Positions 17,263 through 35,869 of a DNA stretch of 64,000 bases are shown in pieces. Positions within the stretch are counted from its first letter, which is position 1, and every line of letters begins with the position of its first letter. The notes under the pieces are model-generated. The model saw only the letters and a program-made list of their open reading frames with translations, was not told where the DNA came from and searched no databases. The DNA is from the human T2T-CHM13v2.0 reference genome, Homo sapiens, in assembly GCF_009914755.1 (NCBI RefSeq), contig NC_060947.1; one strand, written 5' to 3'. The position numbers were made by a program, and so were the translations under genes.

Positions 17263-18199
17263 CTTATGATTTTTTTTTAATCTGCTTTTATAATTACTCT
17301 CCTCCCAGGAACTCATATAGTTCTAAATGTTTAAGTGTGTTGCTCTAGACTTTATACCTCATATTCCAGTACAACTACTTTACATTACTACTTGTCTGGT
17401 ACAATATCTCCTTTCTCATTACTAATATTGTGTTTCTTTCTTTTTTTTCAATTTGATCAGATTTCCCAGATCAGCTTTTTATTTATTTATAGGTCCTAAT
17501 TTTATATTTATTTTATTTATATAAACTTCTATTTGTATTATTTATCACTTCTTGACTTTTTGTTCTGTATTTTTATTTTACATTTTTTTGTTTAATTTTG
17601 CTGTTCTTTTTCTAATTTCCTAAGTCATGTTCCCAACTCGACCATTTTGGGGCTTCCAGTTTTTTGTTTTTTTTTTTGATAGTAAAGTATTTGAGATTAT
17701 ACACTTTCCTCTACATGTAGCTACGTTTCCAACACTCTGGTATGGAAGGTGAAACTACAAAATTGACTTCTCATTTTGATCCTAGGTATTGAAGAAAGCT
17801 TCTTAGGTTCTTACTGGTTAAGATAGTTTAGTGGTCTTTTTTTTATTTTTATGTAATTATGTTTTTTTATTATGGTCAGAGAATGTAGCCTGCAGAATAT
17901 GAATTTGTAAATGTTATTCAATATTTTCTCTGTGGCCTAGGTATGTGACATAATTTTGTAAAACTTTCATGGATATAAGAGAAGAAACTATATTCTCTGT
18001 TAGATATTAGGACTTGGTGGGGACTTTTCAATCTAGTTGGATTATTTATTTTTTGTCTTTCTGTCTACTTCAGCTGTTATATTATCAAAAGGTAGAATAA
18101 ATCTACCTTTTAAAACAAATTTCTTCTGTGGTTTTGTGTTTTTTGGGGAGAGATGAATCCTAAAGTATATATCTTAGACCATTTCACACCATGTCACGT

Positions 18200-18541
<342 letters not shown>

Positions 18542-19092
18542 TAGTTTGGAAAGTTTTACTTTTATTAATTGTCCCATTATATACTTTTCCCATTTCCAAC
18601 AGGCATGATTTATTTCCTTTACTATTTTATCCGAACATAACCGGACCTTATTTTATAGAAAAAGATGAATAGTATTACTTTCTTATTTTTCTAGAAAAAT
18701 TTAAGCTGTGTATTTAAAGACTATATTTTTCTTACAGGTTGAGTTAATCCTGCTTCAAGAAATCTCACTTAACATTTTTATTCAAAATCCCCAGTGACTT
18801 CATGTATTATAATTTAACTTTTAACTGTATGAGTGTGTGCTCAGGGGTGTGTATTTTACCTCAACAGTAATTGTGAACCATTGTTTTGCTCTCTTATTTT
18901 GCGATCTCTCTTATGATTTCATATTCATTTATTTAGAATACATCCCTAAGTGTTTTCTTTAAGCAGAATAAATCAGTGAAACACTCTTCAAATTATTTCA
19001 TGTCTGAAACTGTCATTCTTTTGCCCTGACCAAGGAATGGTTTCTTGGGATGGGGTACAGGATTGGAATTCTTATCTCTCCGTGGCCTATGG

Positions 19093-19317
19093 TAGGCGTG
19101 TCCAGTCTTTTGGCTTCCACGGGTCACACTGGAAGAAGAAGAATTGTCTTGGACCACACATACAATATAATAATACTAACAATAGCTGATGAGCTAAAAA
19201 AAAAATAGCAAAACAAATCTCAAAATATTTTAAGAAAGTTTACCAATTTGTGTTGGGCTGCATTCAAAGATGTCCTGGGCTACATGTGGCCCATGGGCCG
19301 CAGATTGGACAAGATTG
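19093..19317 (+). mobile_element. MER30 hAT-Charlie DNA transposon
   Basis: gtgtccagtcttttggcttcc...gaagaagaagaattgtcttgg...gattggacaagattg; 8-bp TSD gcctatgg/gtctatgg. Confidence 0.88.
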
Positions 19318-19320
19318 GTC

Positions 19321-19847
19321 TATGGGAAGTAGCTTCTAAGATAACCCTCAGTGATCCCTGCCTCCTGGAATTCATCACCCTGTGTAATTCCCTCCATTTG
19401 AGTAACTTGCTTCTAACCAATACAATACCTTAACATTGAGAGGATGCCACCTTTGTGGTTAGATGACAAGAGATCATAGCTTCTGTCTTGGTGACAGGCT
19501 CTTTCCCTTGTTGGTTTTGGCAACATGTTGGGAAGGCCCATGTAGCAAGGATAGCCTCCAACTATCAGAAACTGAGACTTTCAGTACATCCCAACATCCC
19601 CAAAGGGATAGAATCCTGGAACAACCACATAAGTGAGTTTGGAAGTAAGTCTTTCCCCAGTTCAGCCTTCAGATGAAGCCACAACCCCTGGATGACACCT
19701 TGATTGTAGCCCTATGAGAGACTCTGAAACAGAGGACCCAGCTAAGCCATACCAAGATTCCTAACCTACAGAAACCATGAGATGTGTGTGTTTTTAAGCC
19801 CATCAAGTTTGTGGTAATTTATAATACAGCAATAGATAACTAATACA
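19321..19847 (+). mobile_element. MLT1 (F-like) MaLR LTR
   Basis: cttctaagataaccctcagtgatccctgcc ... agtttgtggtaatttataatacagcaatagataactaataca. Confidence 0.82.
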
Positions 19848-21330
19848 TGGTCTGTAGATGTTAAATGACATCTGAATTCAATTTTTGTCAATGAGATATC
19901 TGCTGCTGGTCTTATTCCTCTCCCTTGTATAAAACTTGTTTCTGCATGGAAGTGTTTAAGAATTTCTCCTCATCTTTGGACTATAAGACTGTAACCTTTA
20001 TCTGCAAAACAGAGAGAGATTTTTAAAAAGGCTGTAATCAAATTTGGTCATTGCAAGGGTTCCTGTGGTGATTAATTATTTTTAGCAGCTTTGCAGGGGA
20101 GGATCAGTGATTTAGTCATCACCTTTTACTGTACATCAGAATCTTCTGTGGAGTTGAGATGGAAGAGATGGGGGGATGTGGAGGGTTCATCCCCATGGCC
20201 TAGGGGAGAGGGGGAGGCAGCTCCCTGCAGGGTGTCTAGGGGGAGATCCGAGTGGGAGCAGCCACCAGCCATAGCCAGGGAGATGCTATCCCCCACCCCA
20301 GCACGGATCCTTCCCTCTCCATTGATTCTTTACAGATGTCAGCTGATTCTCACCAGCACTCCCTTTCCCCCCTCCTCTGGGGATGTGCCGATTTCTCCTC
20401 TATCTTAATTTAGGTATAGAAAAACCCTTTTTTCTTTGGAACTTAGAGACTGGCAGGGTAGTAGGGCCACCACAGTCTCCGGGGTCCTTCCGGCTCTCTC
20501 TCCTCCCTTCAAAGATAAATAAAATGGCCCCAGAAGGCAAGTGACTCGCCCAGGCCTCTCAGGTTGGCAGTGACAGCACTAGACTGGAGCCAGGTCTCCT
20601 GACTGTGTCTTCTACCTTCACCCACCACAGCTGAGATCAACTTTCCCACTCAGAGTTCCCGTTGAGATTCTGTAAACTGAGGAGGACGATGAGTGAGCCA
20701 GGCTCTGGCTGACAGCTCCCTCCTTTCAGACTTGCCTGTGGATGCTGTCGGCTCTGGAAGGGTTCATCCTCTCAGGGGCTCAGGATCATGCAGTCAATAA
20801 GCCCGTATATATTCTGAAACTCTGTTGTTTTAGTTTTGTTTATTATATAAATAATTATATTCCTAATATTAAGTTATGCATTATGAATAAATACAAAGAA
20901 GAAAGTAAAAATGACCTCTAACTCTGCCATCTCCTAAATATAAATTCTATCAACAATTTGATTTATTTGCTTCCATATACTTTTTTCTGGGCATGTGCTT
21001 TGGTGCTTATGTTTGCAAGTGATCAGTATATTCATATGTGCACTTTTAGTTTAAATGAAAACTGGAATCATGTTGTTTGGTTACCTTGTTTTTTTACGTT
21101 GTATTTTAACTTAAATATTTTTCCATGGCAGCATATATTTTTCTAAACAATTTTAACAGCTGCAAATAGCGTATCTTTGAATATATCATAATTTATATAA
21201 CCAATATGCTGTTAATAAATATTTATGAAAGTTGGTTTTGGTTTTAACTGTTATGAACATCGCCGTGGTAAAATTCCTACATTTAAATCTTTGTGCACAT
21301 ACATGATTATTTTCTACAGATATAGTTTTA

Positions 21331-22076
<746 letters not shown>

Positions 22077-22653
22077 TTAGTCCCAATGAGAAATCTGCCT
22101 TTTTCCAAATGCCACATGATCAAATCAGTCACACATATGCAGCTTGTGATCACAGAGGCATGGAGTTCTCTGGCTTTCCATGGGGTGCAGCCTCTTGTCC
22201 AGCGGAAGTGTGGAGATTTCCAGCCTGCTTAATCTGAGCAACACAACCTTGACTTCACAGACCTATGTCCCTACCCAAGAAAGTCAGGAAATAACCACGT
22301 TTCTCATGAGTTATCGTTAATTCATGTATTTGTTGCACCCGTTGCAGTTCAGCAGCTTTTGTGAGCTTTTAAGAATCCCTGTAGTAAAATGTACAAGTAT
22401 AGCTCCATAAAAATTAGATCAGAGAAAATATAGAAAGAATGGATGAAGTCAGGACCAGAATTGATTTGGGCTGTAGGCATTTGGGCCCTAGGGTTCTGCA
22501 GAGTAAAATTAAACTGCCAGTTTCCTTCTGAGCTTCCTATCAGACATAGCTGGAAAGAAAATGCAGTTATTTGTAGGATTTACCTTGGCCTCAGGGAGAA
22601 AAATGACTACAAGGGTGAAGAAAACATTTTCCAGGGTAAAGATTTCCTGATAA

Positions 22654-23270
<617 letters not shown>

Positions 23271-23337
23271 TAAACTGGACAGGTGGTCAACCTAATGATA
23301 AATGCGCAATAGAGTTTGCCATGGCCATCTTCTGGAG

Positions 23338-23524
23338 CAGTGGTTCTTCCAGTGTGTTCCCTGGACCACCACCAACAGCACCTGAGATATTGTTAGAGAT
23401 GCAAATTCTTGGACCCTATGCCAGACCTACGGAATATCTAACTTTTGGGTGTGAGGCTCAGCAGTCTGTGTGCTGACAAGCCCTCTGGGTGATTCTGATA
23501 CACGCTCAATGTTGAGAACCACTG
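23338..23524. mobile_element. MER5A hAT-Charlie element
   Basis: TIRs cagtggttct / agaaccactg; internal gagatgcaaattcttgg, acaagccctctgggtgattctgat. Confidence 0.88.
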
Positions 23525-23984
23525 ATTTAGAGCTGTCTTCCAAATAAGTCAAAGGCACAGGGCCAGTGCAGAACTCAGCCCATCGGGTTCTTCATGTGCA
23601 CACCTCTCTAATTATCTTGTTTCATCTAGGTACAAACTATCCTACATTTTTATATTCCTCTGGAGCCTTTTGACACTTCTTATGCCTTAAATAGTTCAAA
23701 ATTAAAGGAATATTGGATCATACAATATGTGTTTTCAGTCTGGACTTAAAACTCTGTGTGATGGCCCTGCTCGTGGTCGGTTCCTCAAAAAAAAAAAAAA
23801 GTCTCTATTTTTAACATGTTATCCTGAAGTACAAAATACAACGGTAACGTGGAATTTATTCTTTCAAGATACAAAAGTTAGTTTATATTTATTTCCTGTA
23901 TATAGAATCCCTTAGTGGTGATCCATTAGTTCAAGTAAAAAATCCATGCTTTTCCCATGATTGTAGTCCAGCATTTGTCCTTAG

Positions 23985-24309
23985 TTTTTATTAATTAATT
24001 AATTAATTTATTTATTTATTATTACTTTTGCCTCACTCTGTCTCCCAGGCTGGAGTGCAGTGGCATGATCTGGGCTCACTGCAAACTCCACCTCCCGGGT
24101 TTCTAACCTCCTGATTCTCGTGCCTCAGCCTCCCGAGTAATTGGGATTACAGGTGTTTGCTAACACGCCTGGCTAATTTTTGTATTTTTGGTAGAGATGG
24201 GGTTTCGCCATGTTGGCCAGGCTGATCTGTATCTCCTGACCTCAGGTTATCCAACCGCCTTGGCCTCCCAAAGTGCTGGGATTACAGGCCTGAGCTACTG
24301 CACCCAGTC
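23985..24309 (-). mobile_element. Alu
   Basis: Reverse Alu; TSD tgtccttag(t/a)tttt. Confidence 0.9.
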
Positions 24310-24608
24310 TGTCCTTAGATTTTTAAACTTATTTTGCTTCCCTAACATGAGACATAGACTCCTGTCCTTTTGCATAGAGCTATTTGCACTTCCATGATGT
24401 CAGATACTTTATTTTTTTTATTTTATTTTTTTTTACTCCCATGCTTTTGCACTTTGCCTCACATGTTTCACTTTCCATGTTAAGCTTCCCCAACACTGGC
24501 AGGCAAACCTACTTCCCCATGGAGAATTTATCTTTCCCTCTTTTGTGCTCTCCATGTTTCCTACATGTACTTAAGCCTTGGAATTTTTTGTTTTAATCAT
24601 CTCAGTAA

Positions 24609-24911
<303 letters not shown>

Positions 24912-24979
24912 GACTTCCATTTAGGAAGTCAATCTCATGTTTTCTGGGAGAGCTTGATGCCTTTGAAATGCCCTGAAAG

Positions 24980-25555
24980 TGTATTAGTCAGTGTTCTCCA
25001 GAGACACAGAGCCAATAGGGTATATGGATATAAGAGGGGATTTATTATGGGAATTTGCTCACACCATTATGGAAGCCAAGAAGTCCCCAACATCTTCTTT
25101 CTGCAAGCTGGAGAACTAGAAAAGCTGAAGCTGATAATATAATTCAGTTTGAGTCTGAAGGCCTGAGAACCAGGGGAGTTGATGGTACAACTATCAGTCC
25201 TAGGCCAAAGGCTTGAAAAATGGGGTAGGGGGTGAGGGGATGGTGTTGGTGTAAGCCCTGGAGTCTGAAGGCCCAAGAACCAATAGCCTCAATGTCTGAG
25301 AGCAGGAGAAGATGGATGTCCACAGCTCAAGCAGAGAGGGTGAATTTGCCCTTCCTCCATTTTTTTGTTCTATTCAGTCCCTCAATGGATTAGATGATGC
25401 CTGCCCACATTGGTGAGGACAAATCTTTACATAGTCTGCTGATTCAAATGTTAATGTTTTCTGGGAACACCCTCACAGTCACACTTAGCAATAATGTTTT
25501 ACCAGCTATCTGGGCATCTTAGCCCAGTTGAGTTGATATAAAATTAACCGTCACA
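24980..25555 (-). mobile_element. MLT2 (ERVL) LTR
   Basis: tgtattagtcagtgttctccagagacacagagccaatagg ... ataaaattaaccgtcaca. Confidence 0.85.
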
Positions 25556-25689
25556 GAAGGTAACTCATCTTGAAAGTTCTAAACTCCCTTAACTCACTTC
25601 TTCTCTAAAAGAAGGTTTATAACTTCAATTTTTCTCTATCTTGAATTGGAATGTCTACGACTTTTATTATATGTCTGCCCAACCATTGT

Positions 25690-26575
25690 ATGTTCAGTGT
25701 TTTGGGGGAAGATAACCTGTCTCTTCTGTTTTCACAGGTCCACATACAGAAAGAGAGGAATTGTGCCTCAGAAGCTGTATGTAATGGATGACACCCAGGA
25801 GCCTCATCTGCACCTGGACCTAATATGGTGATAAAATTTTAGGCTTGGAGCTGATACTGTAATGAGGTGAGCCTTTTGGGACCTTGGAATGGGGTGAATG
25901 TATTTTGCATGTGAGAGGGATATAAAGCATTGGTGGTCAGAGGGAAGACTCTGGTGGACACACACTAAGGTGATACATAGTGAGTCACACAATCTTGTAT
26001 AATTTCCTCTCCTTGGGTGCAGATAGAATCTCTGTGACTTGTTTCTAACAAATAGAATATGGCGAAGGTGATGGGATATCACTCCCTTGATCAGGTTATA
26101 TTACAGTCAAAGATGATATGATATAACTCCCATGATTTCATTACATTATCTAACACTCTGCTTTAGTAGACTGGCACAAGAGATTCTCCTTACTGGCTTA
26201 ATGAGGTAAGCGTCTATATTGAGGAAACCCACATGGCAAGAAACTGCAGGCAGCCTCTAGAAACCATGGGTGGCCTCTTCGATTTGAAGGTAGCTTCCAG
26301 CTGACAACCAGTAAGAAGCCAGGGCCCTCAGTCATGTAGCTGCAAGAAAATAAAATCTGCCAATGACGTGAATGATCTTGGAAGTGGATTCTTCCCCAGT
26401 CAAGTTTCCAGATGAAAATATAGCCTGGCTGACACCTTGTGAGATCCTGAACAGAGGACTTAGTTAAGCTATGTGTGAACTTTTGACACACAGAAACTGT
26501 GAAATAATAAAAGTGTGTTGTCTTAAGCTACTAAGTTCGTGGGAATTTGTTATGCAGCAATGGAAAACTAATAGG
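25690..26575 (+). mobile_element. MaLR internal 3' fragment (~25690-25949) plus MLT1E-like LTR
   Basis: gaatgtattttgcatgtgagaggg...agagggaagac followed by an LTR ending ttgttatgcagcaatggaaaactaata. Confidence 0.75.
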
Positions 26576-27964
26576 ATATCTCATGCCCTATTTCATTGTT
26601 TCACATTTTCCTCAATGTCTACTGTATAAAGCTCCATTTTGTATCTGGGCTTCTGATTATTTTGTGTACTGCATATGTGGACAATATGCATATTTTCATT
26701 TTTCGTTCAGTTGCTTCTGTTCCATGAAATAGTTCTTAACTACTCTAGTGTATTTTTTTCACTTGTTTGATTCCCTAGTCTGCAAATTCTTCAAACTAGA
26801 GAGTTTTAAACCATATGGTATTTGATGCTTTTGTCCTTTTATTTTAAGTAAATCCTTGGTAATAAGGGATTATATTTTACTTTTCATTACTGCAGCGCTA
26901 AGGACATAGAACCTATTTAGAATATTGAAGGTATTAAATATATGGAGGTAGTCAGAGGAGAATATTTTGTTTTATTTTTAAAATGTCTGGTGAGAGAAAC
27001 TCAAAGGAACATAAATTATACCTGAAAAGAGAAAACAATGGCTTTAAAGCCAAAATATTAGGCTTTCTACAATAATCCCCTCCAATATAATGGAAATCTA
27101 GTAAAAACAATTGTTTAAAAACAAGTGGCAGAGTGTATCTGCTTTTGGAGTGCAAAAAAATATGTTCCCTGAATTCAGATATGGAAGATTGAGAGTAATT
27201 TTCGCACAGTGGACATTTAATTTATTCTTGAGCCCATATAAATTTTGTATTGCTGGAAATAGGCATGAAAATTAAGCTTTCTGGAGAAGAACATGAAGTT
27301 AAGATTGGAATTGCAAATAAACTGGATTTTGAAGGCAATTTCATGAATAATTTGTGGAATGCAAAATCACCTACACAGTCATTTTAAAGACTGATGACTC
27401 TTGATCTCTTCATTTATGTATGTTACTGACTCTGTAGGACAAGGGACTTACAGATGAGTTTTTCAACCCAAGAGTAAATTCTTTGCAATGGACATTGTGG
27501 CAATAATCTCAATGATGAAAGGTGCAACACAGGTTAAATGGAAAATTGAAAGTGGAAAAAATACCAAATCAATTTTTAGGAATCCAATGCTTACGTTCTC
27601 TAGAATAACTAAAAATCATAACATGTAGGAGTAAAAATATGAAGGTGAAAGAAGAGAGGCTTTTACACAGGACAGAGCTAACATCTAGTATATCAGGCTC
27701 ACCAAAAAAGGGAAAACAAACTGCATTTAATCAGATTATGCTCAGTATCTAAAATTCATGGTGGAATACGAAAATGGCATAATTTACTCATTCTATAAAT
27801 ATTTTGTGAAAACTTACTATGCCACATATTCTATCAGAACATCACTGTTTCCCATTCTGGGCAAAGATGATACATGAATTATGGTAATTCTAAGCTGCTT
27901 TACCAAACAGACTCCAAGATAAATACTTAAATAATGTAGAATTGTGTTGCTCTTTTATGTACTT

Positions 27965-28600
27965 ATTTTATTTATTATTATTATTACTATACTTTAAGTT
28001 TTAGGATACATGTGCACAACGTGCAGGTTTGTTACATACGTATACATATGCCATGTTGGTGTGCTGCACCCATTAACTCGTCATTTAGCATTAGGTATAT
28101 CTCCTAATGCTATCCCTCCCCCCTCTCCCCACCCCACAACAGTCCCCGATGTGTGATGTTCCCCTTCCTGTGTCCATGTGTTCTCATTGTTCAATTCCCA
28201 CCTATGAGTGAGAACATGCGGTGTTTGGTTTTTTGTCCTTGCGATAGTTTGCTGAGAATGATGGTTTCCAGCTTCATCCATGTCCCTACAAAGGACATGA
28301 ACTCATCATTTTTTATGGCTGCATAGTATTCCATGGTGTATATGTGCCACATTTTCTTAATCCAGTTTATCATTGTTGGACACTTGGGTTGGTTCAAGAC
28401 ACATAATTGTCAGATTCACCAAAGTTGAAATGAAGGAAAAAATGTTAAGGGCAGCCAGAGAGAAAGGTCGGGTTACCCACAAAGGGAAGCCCATTAGACT
28501 AACAGCTGGTCTCTCGGCAGAAACTCTACAAGCCAGAAGAGAGTGGGGGCCAATATTCAACATTCTTAAAGAAAAGAATTTTCAACCCAGAATTTCATAT
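27965..28600 (-). mobile_element. 5'-inverted L1PA: 3' end on minus (27965-28394) joined to an ORF1 fragment on plus (28395-28600)
   Basis: Minus ORF NQPKCPTMINWIKKMWHIYTMEYY; plus ORF RHIIVRFTKVEMKEKMLRAAREKGRVTHKGKPIRLTA..FQPRISY (L1 ORF1p); TSD tatgtacttatttta / tatgtacgtctttta. Confidence 0.88.
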
Positions 28601-28831
28601 GTACGTCTTTTAATAATACTTGCTTCTTGTGTTCCTTCAGGGACCCAAATTTCTTCCAAGACATCAGCCCTCCATTCTTTTTTTCCCTTCATAGCATGTT
28701 TTTATTTATCACATAAATTCACCATTTTCAAGTATACACTTCACTATGTTGTGCAACTGTCACCACTATCTAAGTCCAGAAAATATCCATCATCTCAAAG
28801 GGAAACCCCAAACCTATTAGAAGTTAGTCTC

Positions 28832-29330
28832 ACATGTACACGTATGTTTATTGCAGCACTGTTCACAACAGCAAAGACTTGGAACCAACCCAGATGCCCA
28901 TCAATGATAGACTGGATAAAGAAAATGTGGCACATATACACCATGGAATACTATGCAGCCATAAAAAAGGATGAGTTCATGTCCTTTGCAGGGACATGGA
29001 TAAAGCTGGAAACCATCATTCTCAGCAAACTAACACAGGAACAGAAAACCAAACATCGCATGTTCTCACTCATAAGTGAGAACTGAACAATGGGAACACA
29101 TGGACGCAGGGAGGGGAACATCACACACTGGGGCCTACAAGGGGGTGGGGTGCTAGGGGAGGGATAGGATTAGGAGAAATACCTAATGTAGATGATGTGT
29201 TGATGGGTGCAGCAAACCACCATGGCATGTGTATACCTATGTAACAAACCTGCACGTTCTGCACATGTATCCCAGAACTTAAAGTATAATACAAAAAGAA
29301 ATATTAAAAAAATAAAAATTAAAAAAAATA
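28832..29330 (+). mobile_element. L1PA 3' end (probably carrying a 3' transduction to 30900)
   Basis: TCTRMFIAALFTTAKTWNQPRCPSMIDWIKKMW, 3'UTR and A-rich tail. Confidence 0.93.
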
Positions 29331-29494
29331 TATATATACTTAACTGATATTGAAATACCCTTGAATTCCTGAAATACAATGCTCTTTGCCATAGTGTATT
29401 ACTCTTTGTTGTTGCAATTATTAATAACAGTGCTGGGTTTTTACTTAGAATATTCATTCATATGTATAAGTAAGATTGGTCTATAGTTTTGGTT

Positions 29495-30067
29495 TTTTTC
29501 TTTTGTTTTGAGACAGAGTCTCGCTCTGTTGCCCAGGCTGCAGTGCAGTGGCATGATCTCGGCTCACTGCAGCTCCACCTCCTGGGTTCGAGCTGGGATT
29601 ACAAGCATGCACCACCATGCTGGGTTAATTTTTTTTTTTTTTTGAGATGGAGTCTCACTCTGTCGCCCAGGCTGGAGTGCAATGGTGCGATCTCAGCTCA
29701 CTGCAAGCTCTGCCTCCTTGGGTTCATGCCATTCTCCTGCCTCAGCCTCCCAAGTAGCTGGGACTACAGGCGCCCACCACTATGCCCAGCTAGTTTTTTT
29801 GTATTTTTAGTAGAGACGGGGTTTCGCTGTGTTAGCCAGGATGGTCTCCATCTCCTGATCTCATGATCTGCCCGCCTCGGCCTCCCAAAGTGCTGGGATT
29901 ACAGGCGTGAGCCACCATGCCTGGCCTGGGCTAATTTTTGTATTTTTAGTAGAGACGGGGTTTTGCCATGTTGTCCAGGCTGGTCTCGAACTCCTGACCT
30001 CAGGTGATCTACCCGCCTTGGCCTCCCAAAGTGCTGGGATTACAGGTGTGAGCTACTGTGCCTGGCC
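29495..30067 (-). mobile_element. AluS interrupted at its mid A-rich linker by an AluY-like element (~29627-29925)
   Basis: TSD tggg(t/c)taatttt flanks the inner Alu. Confidence 0.88.
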
Positions 30068-30449
30068 TATGGTTTTGTTTTGCCTTGTGTTTATCAGGTT
30101 TTCATATTAATGCTGCACTGGCTATATGAAATGATTGGTGAGTTTTTTTTTAATTGGGATACTTTAAACAACGTTGGAATTATCCTTCTTGCAACCCTAG
30201 TACTTTTTAAATTATGGATTTAAAAAATCACTTTACACTGTCTTCTTTGTAACTGGTCTATTGACATTTTAAATTTCTTCTTGGGTTAGTTTTGGTCATT
30301 TATGTTTTTCTAGAAAATTATCCATTTTCTCTAGATTTTCCAATGTGTTGCTATATCGTTGCATGCAGCATTTCAAAGTGAATCTTTCTACCTTCATCTT
30401 ATTTTACCTCTTGGTAGCATTCTACAGAGTTGAAGATTCTACTTGTGAA

Positions 30450-30746
<297 letters not shown>

Positions 30747-30900
30747 CTATATTTGTGAGTTTTGAGTTTCTTGATTTATTGAATGGATGTGATGAATTTA
30801 TATCTTTAGCGTGACCATGCAGAGAAATGTATGATGGATAGTAATGGAAAATTACAGGAAATCTGAAAATTTAATAAATTATTTGTTGACAAAAAAAAAA

Positions 30901-31160
30901 GTCTCAATTTTTCCCTGCTTCCACCCCTTGACAACCAGTAATTTATTTTCTGTCTCTGGATTTGCCCTCTGGACATTTCATAAACATGGAATCATGCACT
31001 ATGTGGCCTTTTGTGTCTGGATTCTTTCACTTAACATAATGTTTTCAAGGTTCATCCATGTTGTAGCTTGTAACAGTACTTCATTCTTTTTTGTGGCTGA
31101 ATAATATTCCATTTTATGAATATACCACGTTTTGTTTGTCCATTCATCAGCTGATGGATA
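30901..31160 (-). mobile_element. L1MA/MB 3' region; continuation of the fragment at ~28690-28831
   Basis: ctggacatttcataaacatggaatcatgcactatgtggccttttgtgtctgg... Confidence 0.82.
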
Positions 31161-31209
31161 GCTTCATTTTTCTAGTTTAATGCCAGGCATTTAAAATTTT
31201 TATTTTTTA

Positions 31210-32222
<1,013 letters not shown>

Positions 32223-32600
32223 TTATAAAATTAGAGACAGGGTTTTTCTCTGTTACCCAGGCTGGTGTGCAGTGGATTAACGCTGCTGAGTGCAACCTCG
32301 AACTCCTGGACTAGAGTGATCCTCCTGCCTCAGCTTACCAAAATGCTGGGATTACAGGCATGAGCCACCATGCCTAGAGAGCATTAAATAACAGTACCTG
32401 GTAGATTATAAGTCCCAGATAAATACACAGCAAATAGTAATTGCCACATAAATATTTATAATAATAATGATCATCATGATCATCATCATTGTCATATGAC
32501 TCATATTTCCCTGTGTTCCAATTGGGTGAACAATATGTGCTTTCTCCTCCATCCTCTAACTATTCTTTCAGTTATAATTACTCTGTCTTTTACATTTCAG

Positions 32601-34200
<1,600 letters not shown>

Positions 34201-34264
34201 CATGTGGGAAATAATTCTCAAGGGAACCTTTAAGAATGCATGGCAGGAAGGGGGGAAATTCCTT

Positions 34265-34410
34265 TTAAAAATATTTTTTATTTTATTTTTTGGTAGAGAA
34301 GGGGTCTCCCTACGTTGACCAGGCTGGTCTTGAATGCCTGGGCTCAAGCAATCCTTCTGCCTCGGCCTCCCAAGCACTGGGATTACAGGTGTGAGCCACC
34401 ATGCCCGGCC
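34265..34410 (-). mobile_element. Alu left monomer (FLAM-like)
   Basis: Single reverse left arm. Confidence 0.85.
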
Positions 34411-35869
34411 AGGAAATTTCTTATTTGCACCAGCCTTATTGATTATCACAATCTTCATGTTGACAATTTAATGCATTAGGAAAGCTTTCTTGTAAAATTT
34501 TTCAAAACAGATTTTTGGTAGAAAAGTTTGTGGGAAATTATATAAATAATAATGCTATACACCATGGAAAGTTATGCATTTTAAAGTGTGGAAAAAATGA
34601 ATGATAGGTTCACAATACAGTTCTGAGGGAAACATGTTCTTAAATCCATAAAGATTATGTTGCAAAGTAAAAGGAGTAACAGGAAGTATAAATGTATTGT
34701 TATTTTTAAAATCTAAAGTAACTGCATTTCACATTCTCTAGCAACATATTCTAAAATAAAAATCATGACACTAATTTATTCATCTATACATACACAATAG
34801 TGTATGTTTAGTTTTTAGTAAATGCATGAACATGATCTAATCATAGATACTGGCTTATGTAATGTATCTTTTATCTTCCTTGTTTACTTTTCCACCCCCT
34901 CTGTCCCATTTCATTGCATCTTCACCCACATCAGCAACCCCCTAGAGATATCCATCTAGTGTGATCTGTTTTATTTTTGTCCCTGTGCTTATAATTATAT
35001 ATACACACATAAATTATCTCTACATACTTATACTTGTATAGGAGTTCATTTCTTCTCTGTTTTAGAAAAGTAACATTGTTATTCCCACATCCCTGCATCT
35101 TCGTTTTTTGCTTAACACCTCTTTTAATGGTATTGAATTTTCCCAACCATTACTCATGTGTCAGTTAGTCACCAGGTAATCAACACGAGAGCTCATAGGC
35201 ATGTACCTATAAGTGTTCATTCTCACAGATTTACAGTTCATCTGGGGTTCTGTTCATCCAAGCTAGGCTTGGTTGGGTGGCTCTATTTAAGGTTGTGGTA
35301 GCTGTGGCATCTCTATTCTTCAACTCTCTCAGTGTGGGGCTTGAGTTTTAGGGGCAGAGGTTCCCCATGGGAATATTCTTCTCACAGCTATGGCAGAAAC
35401 ATAAGGGGACATGGGAAAACTATGGGGTGACTAATGAGGCTCTGTGGTATGGGTTATGGAGGGATTCTGTGTGGTCAGTGATGAGGAAATCTGTGTAGTT
35501 AATAACTAAGGATCTTTGCGATCAGTGATGGGGTTGTGTACATCTTAAAGCCTAGACCTAGAGCTGACACACTCACTCTCACATGCTCTTGGCCAAAGTA
35601 AGTCACATGTGCAAGTCCAAGTTGAAGAGACAGGGAAGTATACTCTGCTCACGTGAGGGCAAGGCAAGGATGTAGATGCAGGAAGGGCTGAAAGGTTGGG
35701 GCCAATGACTTCATCTATCACGAAACAATGGTTTTTTTTTTTTCTTTTAACAATTTCTCTACTTTTTTTTTCCACCCAAAACAATGTTGTCAATAAATAC
35801 CATAGAGAGAGGGAGTAGAGCATAAGTAGGTGTTTCAGCTCTGGAGCCAGACTTTCTAAAATCCATATG

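Noticed and set aside
28373-29086. 237-aa ORF fusing L1 ORF1 and ORF2 C-terminal peptides
   Set aside because: Chance read-through across three separate insertions; non-ATG start and no promoter evidence
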